From the IMG/VR virus record IMGVR_UViG_3300020034_000015, positions 1 through 58,194 of that record: a stretch of DNA of 58,194 bases. One strand, written 5' to 3'. The first letter of the stretch is position 1, and the number at the start of each line of letters is the position of its first letter. Shown here in pieces: positions 33,701 to 42,933 of this stretch. Under the pieces are notes generated by a model. It was not told the origin of the DNA and ran no database searches. It worked only from the letters and a program-made list of their open reading frames with translations. A program made the position numbers and the translations under genes. This DNA is from a virus. Lineage: Duplodnaviria; Caudoviricetes.

Positions 33701-34155
33701 TGCCCACCACCGCCCCCGTACCCGTCCCCGGCGTCACCGGCCCGCCCTGGAACTTCACCACCCGCACAGGCCACCGCGCATTCCTCGAACACTGCCAAAA
33801 CCGCCCCTCCATGGTCGACGAGCTGATGCGAGGCCGGACCTACACCGACGACAAACCCACGCCCCCACCCCGGCCAGTCACACGACGACGCAAGACCACC
33901 CAACCCGCCGGCGAACAACTCACCCTCGCCCTCGACTTCGAAGCCACCAGCGAGCCCGACGAGAACATCAACGCCCGCCGCAAACGCCTCCTAACCGAAG
34001 CACTCCTCGCCGACCCGGACGGCTGGACCCAAGAACGCGTCCAAGCCCTCTACGCCGCCGCAGGAGACCACGTCGACATCAACACCTGCTGGGGATGGCT
34101 CCGCCACCTCACCGTCGTCGAACCCGTCACCCGCCGCGCCACCACCAACACCTGA
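33700..34155 (+). CDS. Hypothetical protein
   Basis: TGATG coupling. Confidence 0.65.
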   Translation: MPTTAPVPVPGVTGPPWNFTTRTGHRAFLEHCQNRPSMVDELMRGRTYTDDKPTPPPRPVTRRRKTTQPAGEQLTLALDFEATSEPDENINARRKRLLTEALLADPDGWTQERVQALYAAAGDHVDINTCWGWLRHLTVVEPVTRRATTNT

Positions 34156-34166
34156 AGGACCCCGAC

Positions 34167-34586
34167 ATGATCCGACTCCGCCTCGACCTCACCGGACCCG
34201 ACACCACAGCAGCACTCATCAACCTCCTTCTCACCGCAGCCGACCGCACCGAACGCCGAAACCCCGAACTCGCCGACGAATGGCGCACCCTCGCCAACGG
34301 CATCGGAGACGGACTCGACGCACTCGACCCGGACACCCCCGAACACCCAGACCCGGCACCCCGCAAGCCATACCCGCACTGGATCAACGACCCGGAGATC
34401 GACGAACTCGCCGTCGAACGCGTCGTACGCGGTCACCTCCCCTACCCGCAGCTCACCCGCGCCGAAGCCCTGGCCGCCAGCGAACGCCTCACCCAGCAAG
34501 GCGCCAGCTCCCTCGTCATCGCCGAACGCACCGGAGTCGTACGCCGCACCGTGCACCGCTGGCGCGGCCAGTCCGAGACCGCCTGA
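34167..34586 (+). CDS. Protein with a C-terminal HTH
   Basis: IDELAVER...GASSLVIAERTGVVRRTVHRWR; AAGGA RBS. Confidence 0.7.
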   Translation: MIRLRLDLTGPDTTAALINLLLTAADRTERRNPELADEWRTLANGIGDGLDALDPDTPEHPDPAPRKPYPHWINDPEIDELAVERVVRGHLPYPQLTRAEALAASERLTQQGASSLVIAERTGVVRRTVHRWRGQSETA

Positions 34587-34624
34587 CGGACCGAACCCCA
34601 CCCGACCGAACCCCGGAGACCACC

Positions 34625-34822
34625 GTGACCAGCCAATGCCCCAACTGCACCAACGCCCGTGCCGCCCGCAAGTACCTCTGCCCGCCCTGCTGGCGCGCCC
34701 TCACCCCCGCAACCCGCGGCGCCCTCAACCGAACCGGCGACGGAGCGATCCGCCGCTATCAGGCGCTCCTCGACCAGATCCGCAACCGCACGCCGCTCGG
34801 CCAGATCGAGATCCCCGAGTGA
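34625..34822 (+). CDS. Small Zn-finger protein
   Basis: GGAG RBS; CPNC...CPPCW. Confidence 0.65.
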   Translation: MTSQCPNCTNARAARKYLCPPCWRALTPATRGALNRTGDGAIRRYQALLDQIRNRTPLGQIEIPE

Positions 34823-34941
34823 TCCACACACGGCCCGTGAAGCCCCGAACGGGCATGCGAACGGCCCGAGACCCGCGATCACTACCCCCAGCCCCGCACA
34901 CGCCCACACAGCCCTCCGCACGACACCACAGAGGATCACCG

Positions 34942-35346
34942 ATGACCCCGCAGCACGACCCGGTTCCGTCCCCGACCGCGCGCCTCACGGCCGCCGCCAC
35001 CCACCTCCGCACGCTCCTCACGGCCATCGCCACGGAGAGCCCCGCCGATCTGCCGCTCCACGCCGACGGCCGCACGATCACCCAGGGCCGCATCGGGCTG
35101 CACGACTTCGCCACTGCGGCGACGCCGGAGGTCGCCGCGTTCATCACGGCGATGGGACCGCTGGCCGGCGAGGCGATCGCGACGTTGCTGGAGACAGAGG
35201 CCCGCGTCGCCGCCGAAGACCGGGCCGCGCTCGTCGCCGAGGGCCGCATCCCCGAGGTGGAGCACCGCTCGTGCACGGTCGCCACCTGCACCACGGAAGC
35301 CGCCCTGGCGCTGGCCGACGCGATCCTCGCCGGGACCGACCAGTGA
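34942..35346 (+). CDS. Hypothetical protein
   Basis: GAGGA RBS. Confidence 0.65.
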   Translation: MTPQHDPVPSPTARLTAAATHLRTLLTAIATESPADLPLHADGRTITQGRIGLHDFATAATPEVAAFITAMGPLAGEAIATLLETEARVAAEDRAALVAEGRIPEVEHRSCTVATCTTEAALALADAILAGTDQ

Positions 35347-36107
35347 ACGCCCCACGGCCCGCGCCGTACTGGGAGGACGTCGACGCCGGGATCGCCCTGT
35401 ACCTGGGGGACTGCCGGGAGATCCTGCCCGCGCTCGGCGTGCAGGCGGATCTGATCCTGGCCGACCCGCCGTACAACGAGACCAGCCTCGCCTGGGACCG
35501 GTGGCCCGACGGGTGGCCGGCGCTCGCCGCGCAGCACTCCGCGTCGATGTGGTGCTTCGGCAGCATGCGCATGTTCCTCGACCGGGCCGGCGAGTTCGCC
35601 GACTGGAAACTCAGCCAAGACGTGGTGTGGGAGAAGCCGGTCGGCACCGGTCTGGCCGCCGACCGCTTCCGCCGCGTCCACGAACACGCATTGCACTGGT
35701 ACCGCGGCGACTGGGCCAGCCGTCACCACGACGCCGTCCGCGAGCAGTGGCACGGCCAGGACAACGGCAGCCGATCCAAGGGCGGCAGCAAAGGCGCTCA
35801 CCTCGGTGAGGCCGGGAACCGCGCCTACGCCGACGACGGGACTCGGCTGGTGCGAAGCGTGCTGCGCGTGGCCAACCTCCGACAGCGCTCAATCCATCCC
35901 ACCGAGAAGCCGCTGGGCATCCTCGCCCCGCTGATCGCCTACGCCTGCCCGCCCGCGGGCCTCGTGATCGACCTGTTCGCCGGATCGGGCAGCACCCTCG
36001 ACGCGGCCCGCCAGTCCGGCCGGCGCGCCATCGGCATCGAAGCGAACGAGACGTACTGCGAAGCCGCCGCCCGCCGCCTCTCGCAGCTCACCTTGGAGGC
36101 GTCATGA
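35343..36107 (+). CDS. Orphan N6A/N4C DNA methyltransferase (beta class)
   Basis: LYLGDC, DPPY, HPTEKP and DLFAGSGST motifs. Confidence 0.9.
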   Translation: MNAPRPAPYWEDVDAGIALYLGDCREILPALGVQADLILADPPYNETSLAWDRWPDGWPALAAQHSASMWCFGSMRMFLDRAGEFADWKLSQDVVWEKPVGTGLAADRFRRVHEHALHWYRGDWASRHHDAVREQWHGQDNGSRSKGGSKGAHLGEAGNRAYADDGTRLVRSVLRVANLRQRSIHPTEKPLGILAPLIAYACPPAGLVIDLFAGSGSTLDAARQSGRRAIGIEANETYCEAAARRLSQLTLEAS

Positions 36108-37186
36108 GCCGGGTAAGTGCCGTCCGGCCGTGGGCGATCACGGCGGCCGCCATCGCCGCGGTGGTGTGCCTGGCCGGCTGGCCACGCCCCACCCTCTACG
36201 CCCTCGCGGTGACGGCCGGCGCCGGCGTGATGCTCGCCGGGCTGCTGTGGACGGGCGCCCGGCGGGTCACGGCGGAAAGGCGCAGCAAGGAGGGTCCGGG
36301 CTGCGGTCCGGATGGTCCGGATAGGTCGTCCGGGCTGGTCAACGGGCAGGTGCCGGAGAGTTGTCCGGAGAAGTCCGCAGACAATCCGGAGACCGGGTGG
36401 GCCGAGCCGGGCGATGCCGCGCTCCGCGACCGCATCGCCGACACCCTCCGAACCGCCGCCCACCACTGCGACGGCAACTGCGGACTCACCGAACGGCAAT
36501 GCGTCGCCGCACACCCCATCCAGGTCGCAGCCTGGACCTACGGCGTAGTCACCGACGTGTACGGACCGATCGACGCCATCACCGCCGTCGTGCACGCCGT
36601 CGTGCAGCCCGAGGTGGACCGCGCCGAGAAGCGCCGACTGCAACTCACCCGTGCGGCAGGCATCCCGGAGGAGTCGACGTGGCTCGAATGCCTGGTCGCG
36701 GTCGTCAAAGCACGGCAAGGACAGGTGCGCGCCGAGCAGGTGGAAGTGCACCGCGTCGCTCTGGCTAATGCGCTCGGCGAACCCCGTGGGCGCAACTGGA
36801 CCACGCTCATCGGCCGGGCCGAATCCATCGCGACGACCGCCAGCGAACAACGCAGCGGCCTGGCCAAGCTGGACGTCCACCGCGTCACCCTCGCCGACGC
36901 CCTCGGATTCCAGGCGCAACGGACCATGCTCGGCTGGCCCGCGCTCCTTGACGCAGTCCAGGTCCTGCACGCGCTCAAGGACGACCACCGCGCCCGCGCC
37001 GAGACCGCCGAGGCCGCGATCACCCGCGTCCGGGAACTCCACCACCCAGCCAGCTACCCCGACCCGAATGGCCCCGGCGAGATCACCTACTGCGTCGGCT
37101 GCGAGGAAGGCGACGGCGGCCATCCCTGCCCGACGATCACCTCCATCACCCCGCCCGCCGACCAGCCCGACGGAGACACCACCTGA
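36104..37186 (+). CDS. Mosaic membrane-anchored hypothetical protein
   Basis: Two N-terminal TM helices, an internal repeated VHRVxLAxALG, C-terminal CxxC...PCPT. Confidence 0.6.
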   Translation: MSRVSAVRPWAITAAAIAAVVCLAGWPRPTLYALAVTAGAGVMLAGLLWTGARRVTAERRSKEGPGCGPDGPDRSSGLVNGQVPESCPEKSADNPETGWAEPGDAALRDRIADTLRTAAHHCDGNCGLTERQCVAAHPIQVAAWTYGVVTDVYGPIDAITAVVHAVVQPEVDRAEKRRLQLTRAAGIPEESTWLECLVAVVKARQGQVRAEQVEVHRVALANALGEPRGRNWTTLIGRAESIATTASEQRSGLAKLDVHRVTLADALGFQAQRTMLGWPALLDAVQVLHALKDDHRARAETAEAAITRVRELHHPASYPDPNGPGEITYCVGCEEGDGGHPCPTITSITPPADQPDGDTT

Positions 37187-37638
37187 TGACCTCGCCCGCC
37201 TCCCGCTTCGCCGCCGCATACGCCGCCCTGACCGCCTCTCACGAGTTCGCCGACCACTGGGTTCAGATCGATGCGCAGGCGACCGCCAAGGGCAACCCCG
37301 GCCCCGTCGGCGCCCGCGCCTGCGCACAGCACGTCGCGACGTACACCGCGACACAGGCCGCCGCCCTTCTGGCCGTCAACCGCACGCTCGGCCTCGGCAT
37401 CACCTGGCGGCGCGCGACTGCCGGTTTGGCGATCAGCGCACTCACGCACTACGTCGCGGACCGCCAAGGCGGCCACTGGGCAGACAAGCACCCGCGCGGG
37501 CTCGTACGGCTCGCCTCCGCCACCGGGCACGCCGGGTGGCTCCAGCGGGACCCGGGCGCGGGCTACCTGATGGATCAGGCGTGGCACAAGGCGTGGATCG
37601 CCGTGGCGGCGGCCGTCGTTGCGGGGAGCACACGGTGA
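37186..37638 (+). CDS. DUF3307-like membrane protein
   Basis: HEFADHWVQ...HVATY...THYVADR...DQAWH. Confidence 0.75.
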   Translation: MTSPASRFAAAYAALTASHEFADHWVQIDAQATAKGNPGPVGARACAQHVATYTATQAAALLAVNRTLGLGITWRRATAGLAISALTHYVADRQGGHWADKHPRGLVRLASATGHAGWLQRDPGAGYLMDQAWHKAWIAVAAAVVAGSTR

Positions 37639-37880
37639 CCGCCCCCGCCGAGCGGCTCGGCCCGCGGGAGATCGACACGCTCCGGCACCTCGCCGCCGGC
37701 CGGTCGTTGGGCGAGGCCGCCATTGAAATGCACGTCACCAAAGGCACTGTCCGCAGCTACCTGCGCGGCATCTACAGCAAGTTCGGCGTCGGCACCCGAG
37801 AAGACGCCGCGCGGGTCGGCCGGCGCCTCGGCTACGTCACCGACGCCTGCCCCACCTGCGGCCACGGAGGCACCCGATGA
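37635..37880 (+). CDS. LuxR-type HTH protein
   Basis: LGPREIDTLRHLAAGRSLGEAAIEMHVTKGTVRSYLRGIYSKFGV. Confidence 0.8.
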   Translation: MTAPAERLGPREIDTLRHLAAGRSLGEAAIEMHVTKGTVRSYLRGIYSKFGVGTREDAARVGRRLGYVTDACPTCGHGGTR

Positions 37881-37977
37881 CGCCCCCGTGGGTCTGGCAC
37901 GCCCTCGCCGTATGGCTCTGCGCCGTCGGCATCTGGGCCGTCTACCTCGCCACCAACGCCCGCCGAAAGGACCACCG

Positions 37978-38292
37978 ATGACCACCGAGCCCCTGCCGCC
38001 GTACAGCGGCGACGAACCCGATTGCCCCAAGTGCAGCCACTCGCACGCCTACACCGAATACCGGGCCCACGGCTCATGCGTCCACAGCGCAGAGGGGACG
38101 GTCGGCCTGGAGCCGAACGAGCGCCTGCACCGGCAATGCGCACGCTGCGGCTACGCCTGGGACGAGGCCACCGTCGAGCCCGCCGTGGGCTGCGGCCCGG
38201 AGTGCTCCGAGATGCACACGGAGACAGGGCGCTGCGAGATCGCCACACAGCGGAACACCACGACCGACCTCGCCACCACGAAGGGGAACTGA
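37978..38292 (+). CDS. Zn-finger hypothetical protein
   Basis: AAGGA RBS; CPKC...CARCGYAW. Confidence 0.65.
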   Translation: MTTEPLPPYSGDEPDCPKCSHSHAYTEYRAHGSCVHSAEGTVGLEPNERLHRQCARCGYAWDEATVEPAVGCGPECSEMHTETGRCEIATQRNTTTDLATTKGN

Positions 38293-38294
38293 CC

Positions 38295-38570
38295 ATGCCG
38301 CGCTTCCGCAAGAAGCCCGTTGAGATCGAGGCCGTGCAGTTCAACGGCACTGTCGAGTCAGCGAATCGCATCCTCGGATGGATCGGCGGCGACGGCGGCG
38401 TCGCGAGACGAGTGCATGCTACGAAGCCGGAACGAGGCCTCATCATCCACACGCTTGAAGGGGCGATGCGAGCAGAACCCGGCGACTGGATCATCAAGGG
38501 CGTCGTCGGCGAGTTTTACCCGATCAAGGCCGACATCTTCCGCGCCACCTACGAGCCCGCCGAGTCGTGA
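38295..38570 (+). CDS. Conserved small phage protein (RKKPVEIEA...TLEG...GDWII...YP.K.DIF..TY); candidate nucleotide sponge
   Basis: Widespread phage motif pattern; AAGGGGA RBS. Confidence 0.75.
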   Translation: MPRFRKKPVEIEAVQFNGTVESANRILGWIGGDGGVARRVHATKPERGLIIHTLEGAMRAEPGDWIIKGVVGEFYPIKADIFRATYEPAES

Positions 38571-38663
38571 CATGACGAAGGGCGCGCCCTGTCCGGCCAG
38601 ACACCCAGGCGCGCCCCTGCGATGCCGATCACCCTACGCCCCAACCAGCACCCCGAGGCGACG

Positions 38664-39365
38664 ATGACCAGCACCGCAACCGCACACCTCACCACCGTCA
38701 TCGACCGGTGGGACGACCTCACCGACATGCTCACCACCCACCACGGCACCACCTGGCCCGAGCCCATGGGCATCGCCCACCTCCTCGCCGCCGCCGACGA
38801 GCCGGACACCGCGCTCGCCGCCCGCCTCGCGGAGCGCGCCGACTCCCGGTACACCCTCGGTGCGTCACCGGCCCCGCTGCGCCTCGCGATCGTCGACACC
38901 ATCCGCATGGCCGACAACGACCTCGTGTACCTCTGCGACACCCTCGCGCAGGAGATCCAGCGGCAGCCCATGAAGGCCGCACCGTCGTTCTGGCTCCCCG
39001 CGGACCGGGCGGCACGGGACAAGCTCGCGGCCGAGGACGCGGCGGACGTGCGCCGGTGGCGGTACCGCGGCCACCGGTCCGCGCCGTACGCCGCGGCGTG
39101 GCTACTCGCCCGCGTCGAGGCAGCCCCCGGCCCGTTCCTGCGCCTCACCACGATGCAACTCGGCCGCGTCGAGGGCGTGGCCAAGCACGTAGCCGGGCGC
39201 ATCGAGCAGGCGTTGGACATGGTCCAGTCCGTGCAGCCGGTGGGACGGCCGTGCCCGCTGTGCGATGGCCAACTGGTGGTGGCCTCAGGAGATGGGGAGC
39301 AGCCGGTCGTGACGTGCTTCGGGTGCCGGCAGACATGGACGCTGGATCTGCTCAGCGTGGCGTAA
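38664..39365 (+). CDS. Putative late-gene regulator with a C-terminal Zn ribbon
   Basis: Near the end of the early operon, before the packaging module; SPAPLRLAIVD...PCPLC...CFGC. Confidence 0.55.
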   Translation: MTSTATAHLTTVIDRWDDLTDMLTTHHGTTWPEPMGIAHLLAAADEPDTALAARLAERADSRYTLGASPAPLRLAIVDTIRMADNDLVYLCDTLAQEIQRQPMKAAPSFWLPADRAARDKLAAEDAADVRRWRYRGHRSAPYAAAWLLARVEAAPGPFLRLTTMQLGRVEGVAKHVAGRIEQALDMVQSVQPVGRPCPLCDGQLVVASGDGEQPVVTCFGCRQTWTLDLLSVA

Positions 39366-39473
39366 ACGCAGGTCAAATGCCTTGCAGCGTGGGATACTTG
39401 AGACCGAAAGGCAGACCCCGGCGGGTGCGCGAACACCCCCGGGGCATGGCCGACGCTTCGAAGGAGCATCGAC

Positions 39474-40052
39474 GTGTACGAGGATATCTGTGCCCAACTC
39501 GGGAAGTGCCTCAATCCCCTCCACGATCATGGAGAGCGGATTGGAGCCCCCGGACTGTCCAGCCTGGTGGACACCACTGACCCCGCCTTCGAGGCCATCG
39601 CCCGCGTGCTGGCCGATATGAACGCAGCAGGGGTGAAACTCACCCTGGCCAGCGTTGACGTCGCGATCAGGTTGGGCAGGCTCTACCAGTCCAAGCGAGA
39701 GCAGCCCGCAGTGCCCCAGCAGACCGCGTACGGACTCCGCCATGAGGTCGTGTACTACATGCGGTTCGGCCACCTCATCAAGATCGGCACCACGGGGCTG
39801 CTCGGGAATCGGGCGCGCGAACTGAAGCCTGACGAGGTGCTCGCCGCCGAGCCGGGCAGCTACGACCTAGAGAGCGAGCGGCATCGGCAGTTCGGCCGAT
39901 TCCTGGCCGAAGGCGAGTACTTCTTCCCCGCTCCGGCGCTCATGGCTCACATCCGTAAGGTGCGAGTCCGCTATCGGCGGACGCTTCTCGAACCCGTGGT
40001 AACCCAGCGTTACGACGATCATGCTTGCGATCCGATTCCATCCCTGTTCTAA
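39474..40052 (+). CDS. GIY-YIG-like (T5orf172-type) protein
   Basis: VVYYMRFGHLIKIGTT...R...E..RHRQF...GEYF; AAGGAG RBS. Confidence 0.7.
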   Translation: MYEDICAQLGKCLNPLHDHGERIGAPGLSSLVDTTDPAFEAIARVLADMNAAGVKLTLASVDVAIRLGRLYQSKREQPAVPQQTAYGLRHEVVYYMRFGHLIKIGTTGLLGNRARELKPDEVLAAEPGSYDLESERHRQFGRFLAEGEYFFPAPALMAHIRKVRVRYRRTLLEPVVTQRYDDHACDPIPSLF

Positions 40053-40110
40053 TCGGGGCAAGCGCATGGTGCCCGGACATAAATGATCTAGGCGCACGCT
40101 GAGTAACTTC

Positions 40111-40148
40111 CGAAGGCCCCGCAGCCCACGACGCTGACGGGGCCTTCG
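40111..40148. terminator. Hairpin at the early/late boundary
   Basis: CGAAGGCCCCG...CGGGGCCTTCG stem. Confidence 0.5.
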
Positions 40149-40175
40149 CCATTCCCCCAACCGCCAGGAGCAGCG

Positions 40176-40442
40176 ATGCAGCAGCCCAGCGTCGGCCGCG
40201 CAGTCCACTACGTCAGCCACGGCACCCCCGTGCGTGAGGACGGCACCCAGACGTACGTGTCCGCGTGTCGCGCCGCGACCATCACCGAGGTCAGCGAAGA
40301 GAACCCGGGCCTGATCGGCATCTCGGTCACCAACCCGACCGGGATGTTCTTCCACCCCCTGGAGTCCGGCGGCTGCCGCTACGACGAGACGGGCACCGAC
40401 GCCACTTCCGGCGGCACTTGGCACTGGCCCGAGCGCGTCTGA
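40176..40442 (+). CDS. Conserved small phage protein (PSVGRAVHY...GTWHWPERV)
   Basis: AGGAG RBS; common phage motif. Confidence 0.75.
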   Translation: MQQPSVGRAVHYVSHGTPVREDGTQTYVSACRAATITEVSEENPGLIGISVTNPTGMFFHPLESGGCRYDETGTDATSGGTWHWPERV

Positions 40443-40449
40443 CCCCCTC

Positions 40450-40704
40450 GTGGACAGCGACGACGGCGCGGAGCAGCCGATCGGCTCCACCCTCGACGCC
40501 CTCGGCATCACCGCCACGATCACCCCCGGCACCCTCGTCTCCGGTGCGATCGTCCTCCTCAAACTCCTGCTCCCCGACGGCCGCGAACGCCTCTCCGTGA
40601 CCCACTCCGACGGGCTCGGCTGGATCGAACGCGCCGGGATGCTCCGCGTCGCCGAAACCATCGAAACCGCGTCGGCTGCCGGGAGCAGGGCAAGCGGCGC
40701 CTGA
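40450..40704 (+). CDS. Hypothetical protein
   Basis: Good codon usage; fills the gap before terS. Confidence 0.6.
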   Translation: MDSDDGAEQPIGSTLDALGITATITPGTLVSGAIVLLKLLLPDGRERLSVTHSDGLGWIERAGMLRVAETIETASAAGSRASGA

Positions 40705-40713
40705 CCCAAGGGG

Positions 40714-41247
40714 GTGGCCATGGGCGCCGCACCTCTCACTGAAGGCGAGATCCAGGCGATCCGCGACCTGCACGCCCAGGGCCTCGGCCGCAATGAGATC
40801 GCGCGGGCGATCGGCCGTGGAACCCGCACCGTCAGCGTCCACGCCGCCGACATGGGCCTCGCCTTTGACCGGGCGGAGATGACCGAGACCGCCACCCGTG
40901 TCCGCACCGCCGACCTCGCTGAGAAGCGCGCGATCCTCGCCGAGGCCCTCACCGACGACGCGCTGCGCCTCAGCGAGCAGATGTGGCAGCCCGCGAAGGT
41001 CTTCAACATCGGCGGCAAGGACAACACGTACACCGACAAGGACGTGCCCGAGCCGCCGGCCGACGCCAAGCGCGCCCTGATGGGCGCCGCCGGCATGGCG
41101 ATCGACCGCTCCCTCAAGCTCGTACCGCCCGTCCACGGCGACGGCGCAGACGAAGCCCGCTCCATGGTCGGCAAGATCATGACCGGGCTCGCTGCGATCT
41201 ACGAGGAGCAGCAGGCCGCAGACGAGGGGGCCGGTGATGCTCCGTGA
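40714..41247 (+). CDS. terS: Terminase small subunit
   Basis: N-terminal HTH (LHAQGLGRNEIARAIGRGTRTVS); directly upstream of terL. Confidence 0.75.
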   Translation: MAMGAAPLTEGEIQAIRDLHAQGLGRNEIARAIGRGTRTVSVHAADMGLAFDRAEMTETATRVRTADLAEKRAILAEALTDDALRLSEQMWQPAKVFNIGGKDNTYTDKDVPEPPADAKRALMGAAGMAIDRSLKLVPPVHGDGADEARSMVGKIMTGLAAIYEEQQAADEGAGDAP

Positions 41248-42505
41248 CGCACCCCCGCTGTCCCGCAAGCAGGTCGCCTCGATCGTTGAGTCGCAGCACC
41301 GCATCAACGCCTGGGAAGGCTCGGTCCGGTCCGGGAAGACCATCGCGTCCATCCTGCGCTGGTTCGGCTACGTAGCTGCCCCACCGGCCGGCGGCGAACT
41401 GGTGATGATCGGCCGCACCCGCGACTCCCTGTACCGCAACGTCCTCAAGCCGATGATGGACCGCACCCTGTTCGGCGAGCTCGCCAAGCAGGTCCGGTAC
41501 ACCAACGGCGCCTCCACAGCGGTCATCATGGGCCGCGAGGTCCACATCATCGGCGCCAACGACGCCTTGGCCGAGCCGAAAGTCCGCGGCCTCACCTGCG
41601 CCGGCGCGTACGTCGATGAGGCCACGACGCTCCCGCAGGAGTTCTTCGACCAGCTCGTCGCACGCTGCTCCGTCCCCGGCGCGAAGATCTTCGCGACGAC
41701 CAACCCCGGTGCGCCCGGCCACTGGTTCCGGAAGCAGTACCTGCTGCGCCCGGACGCGACCCGGCTGAAGAGCTGGCACTTCACCCTCGACGACAACCCG
41801 GCGCTCGACCCCGAATACGTGGCCGCTCTGAAGGCCACCTACACCGGCCTGTGGTACCGGCGGTTCATCCTCGGCGAGTGGTGCCTCGCCGAGGGCGTCG
41901 TCTGGGACTCCTGGGACGAGAACAAGCACGTCGTGGACATCCTCCCGGCGATGCAGCGCTGGATGGCAGTCGGCGTCGACTACGGCACGTCGAATCCCTT
42001 CGCGGCGCTGCTCCTCGGCCAGGGCATCGACAACCGGCTGTACGTGGCCAGTGAGTACCGGCACGATTCGCGGGCCGCTCAACGGCAGCTCACCGATGCG
42101 CAGTACAGCACCGGCGTCCAGGACTGGCTGGGCTCGTACAAGCACGCGTCCGGTCTCGGTGTCACCCCTGAGTGGATCTTCGTGGACCCGAGTGCGGCGT
42201 CATTCATCACGCAACTGTGGTCCGACGGCGTCGGCAGCGTCGCCCGCGCGAAGAACGACGTCCTCGACGGGATCCGGTCCGTCGGCGTCGCGCTCGGCTC
42301 CGGGATCGTCTCCGTCCACCGCTCCTGCGAGGGCCTCATCACCGAGGTGCCGGGCTACGCGTGGGACGACAAGGCCAGCGAGCGCGGCGAGGACAAGCCC
42401 CTCAAGGCCGATGACCACTCGTGCGATGCCCTGCGGTACGCGCTGCACTCCACGGCGCACGACTGGCGGCACCTGATCCGAGCAGACCTGACGGAGGCGG
42501 CATGA
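41237..42505 (+). CDS. terL: Terminase large subunit (PBSX-like)
   Basis: GSVRSGKT Walker A, YVDEA Walker B, TTNP, VDYGTSNP, VDPSAA and DHSCDALRY motifs. Confidence 0.95.
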   Translation: MLRDAPPLSRKQVASIVESQHRINAWEGSVRSGKTIASILRWFGYVAAPPAGGELVMIGRTRDSLYRNVLKPMMDRTLFGELAKQVRYTNGASTAVIMGREVHIIGANDALAEPKVRGLTCAGAYVDEATTLPQEFFDQLVARCSVPGAKIFATTNPGAPGHWFRKQYLLRPDATRLKSWHFTLDDNPALDPEYVAALKATYTGLWYRRFILGEWCLAEGVVWDSWDENKHVVDILPAMQRWMAVGVDYGTSNPFAALLLGQGIDNRLYVASEYRHDSRAAQRQLTDAQYSTGVQDWLGSYKHASGLGVTPEWIFVDPSAASFITQLWSDGVGSVARAKNDVLDGIRSVGVALGSGIVSVHRSCEGLITEVPGYAWDDKASERGEDKPLKADDHSCDALRYALHSTAHDWRHLIRADLTEAA

Positions 42506-42933
42506 TCCCCCGGCACGCGACGATCGCCGTGCAGTCACCCGGCCGCGCCACCATCACCGTTGACGGGCAGGAGCTGCACGGCGTCACCGGCATCAAGTTC
42601 GGTGCCAACCGCGGCGAGCTGGCGACGCTGATCCTCGACATGCCGCTGCTCACCTTCGACCTCGACAGCGACGCCGTGATCACCGTGCCCGAGGAGACGG
42701 CAGAGGCGCTGCTCGCGCTCGGATGGACGCCACCAGCGGAGCAGCCCTACGGCGGATCGGGGCGGCCCACGGCATGGCGGCACTCCTGCGGTGAGCTGAA
42801 CGAAGGCGCTGAGCACGGTATGTGCGGGGCCTGCCGCTTCGACGTCGACAGCAACCCCGAGGACATCGAGCACCGGTACGTCCTCGTTGAACTGCCCACT
42901 ATCGATCGGGGGGACGATGCCGCTTCCCGATAA
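42502..42933 (+). CDS. Hypothetical protein inserted between terL and portal
   Basis: GGAGG RBS, ATGA coupling; C-terminal HSC...CGAC. Confidence 0.65.
   Translation: MIPRHATIAVQSPGRATITVDGQELHGVTGIKFGANRGELATLILDMPLLTFDLDSDAVITVPEETAEALLALGWTPPAEQPYGGSGRPTAWRHSCGELNEGAEHGMCGACRFDVDSNPEDIEHRYVLVELPTIDRGDDAASR

Noticed and set aside
35343-36107. Restriction-modification system
   Set aside because: No adjacent endonuclease; orphan MTases are common in temperate phages.
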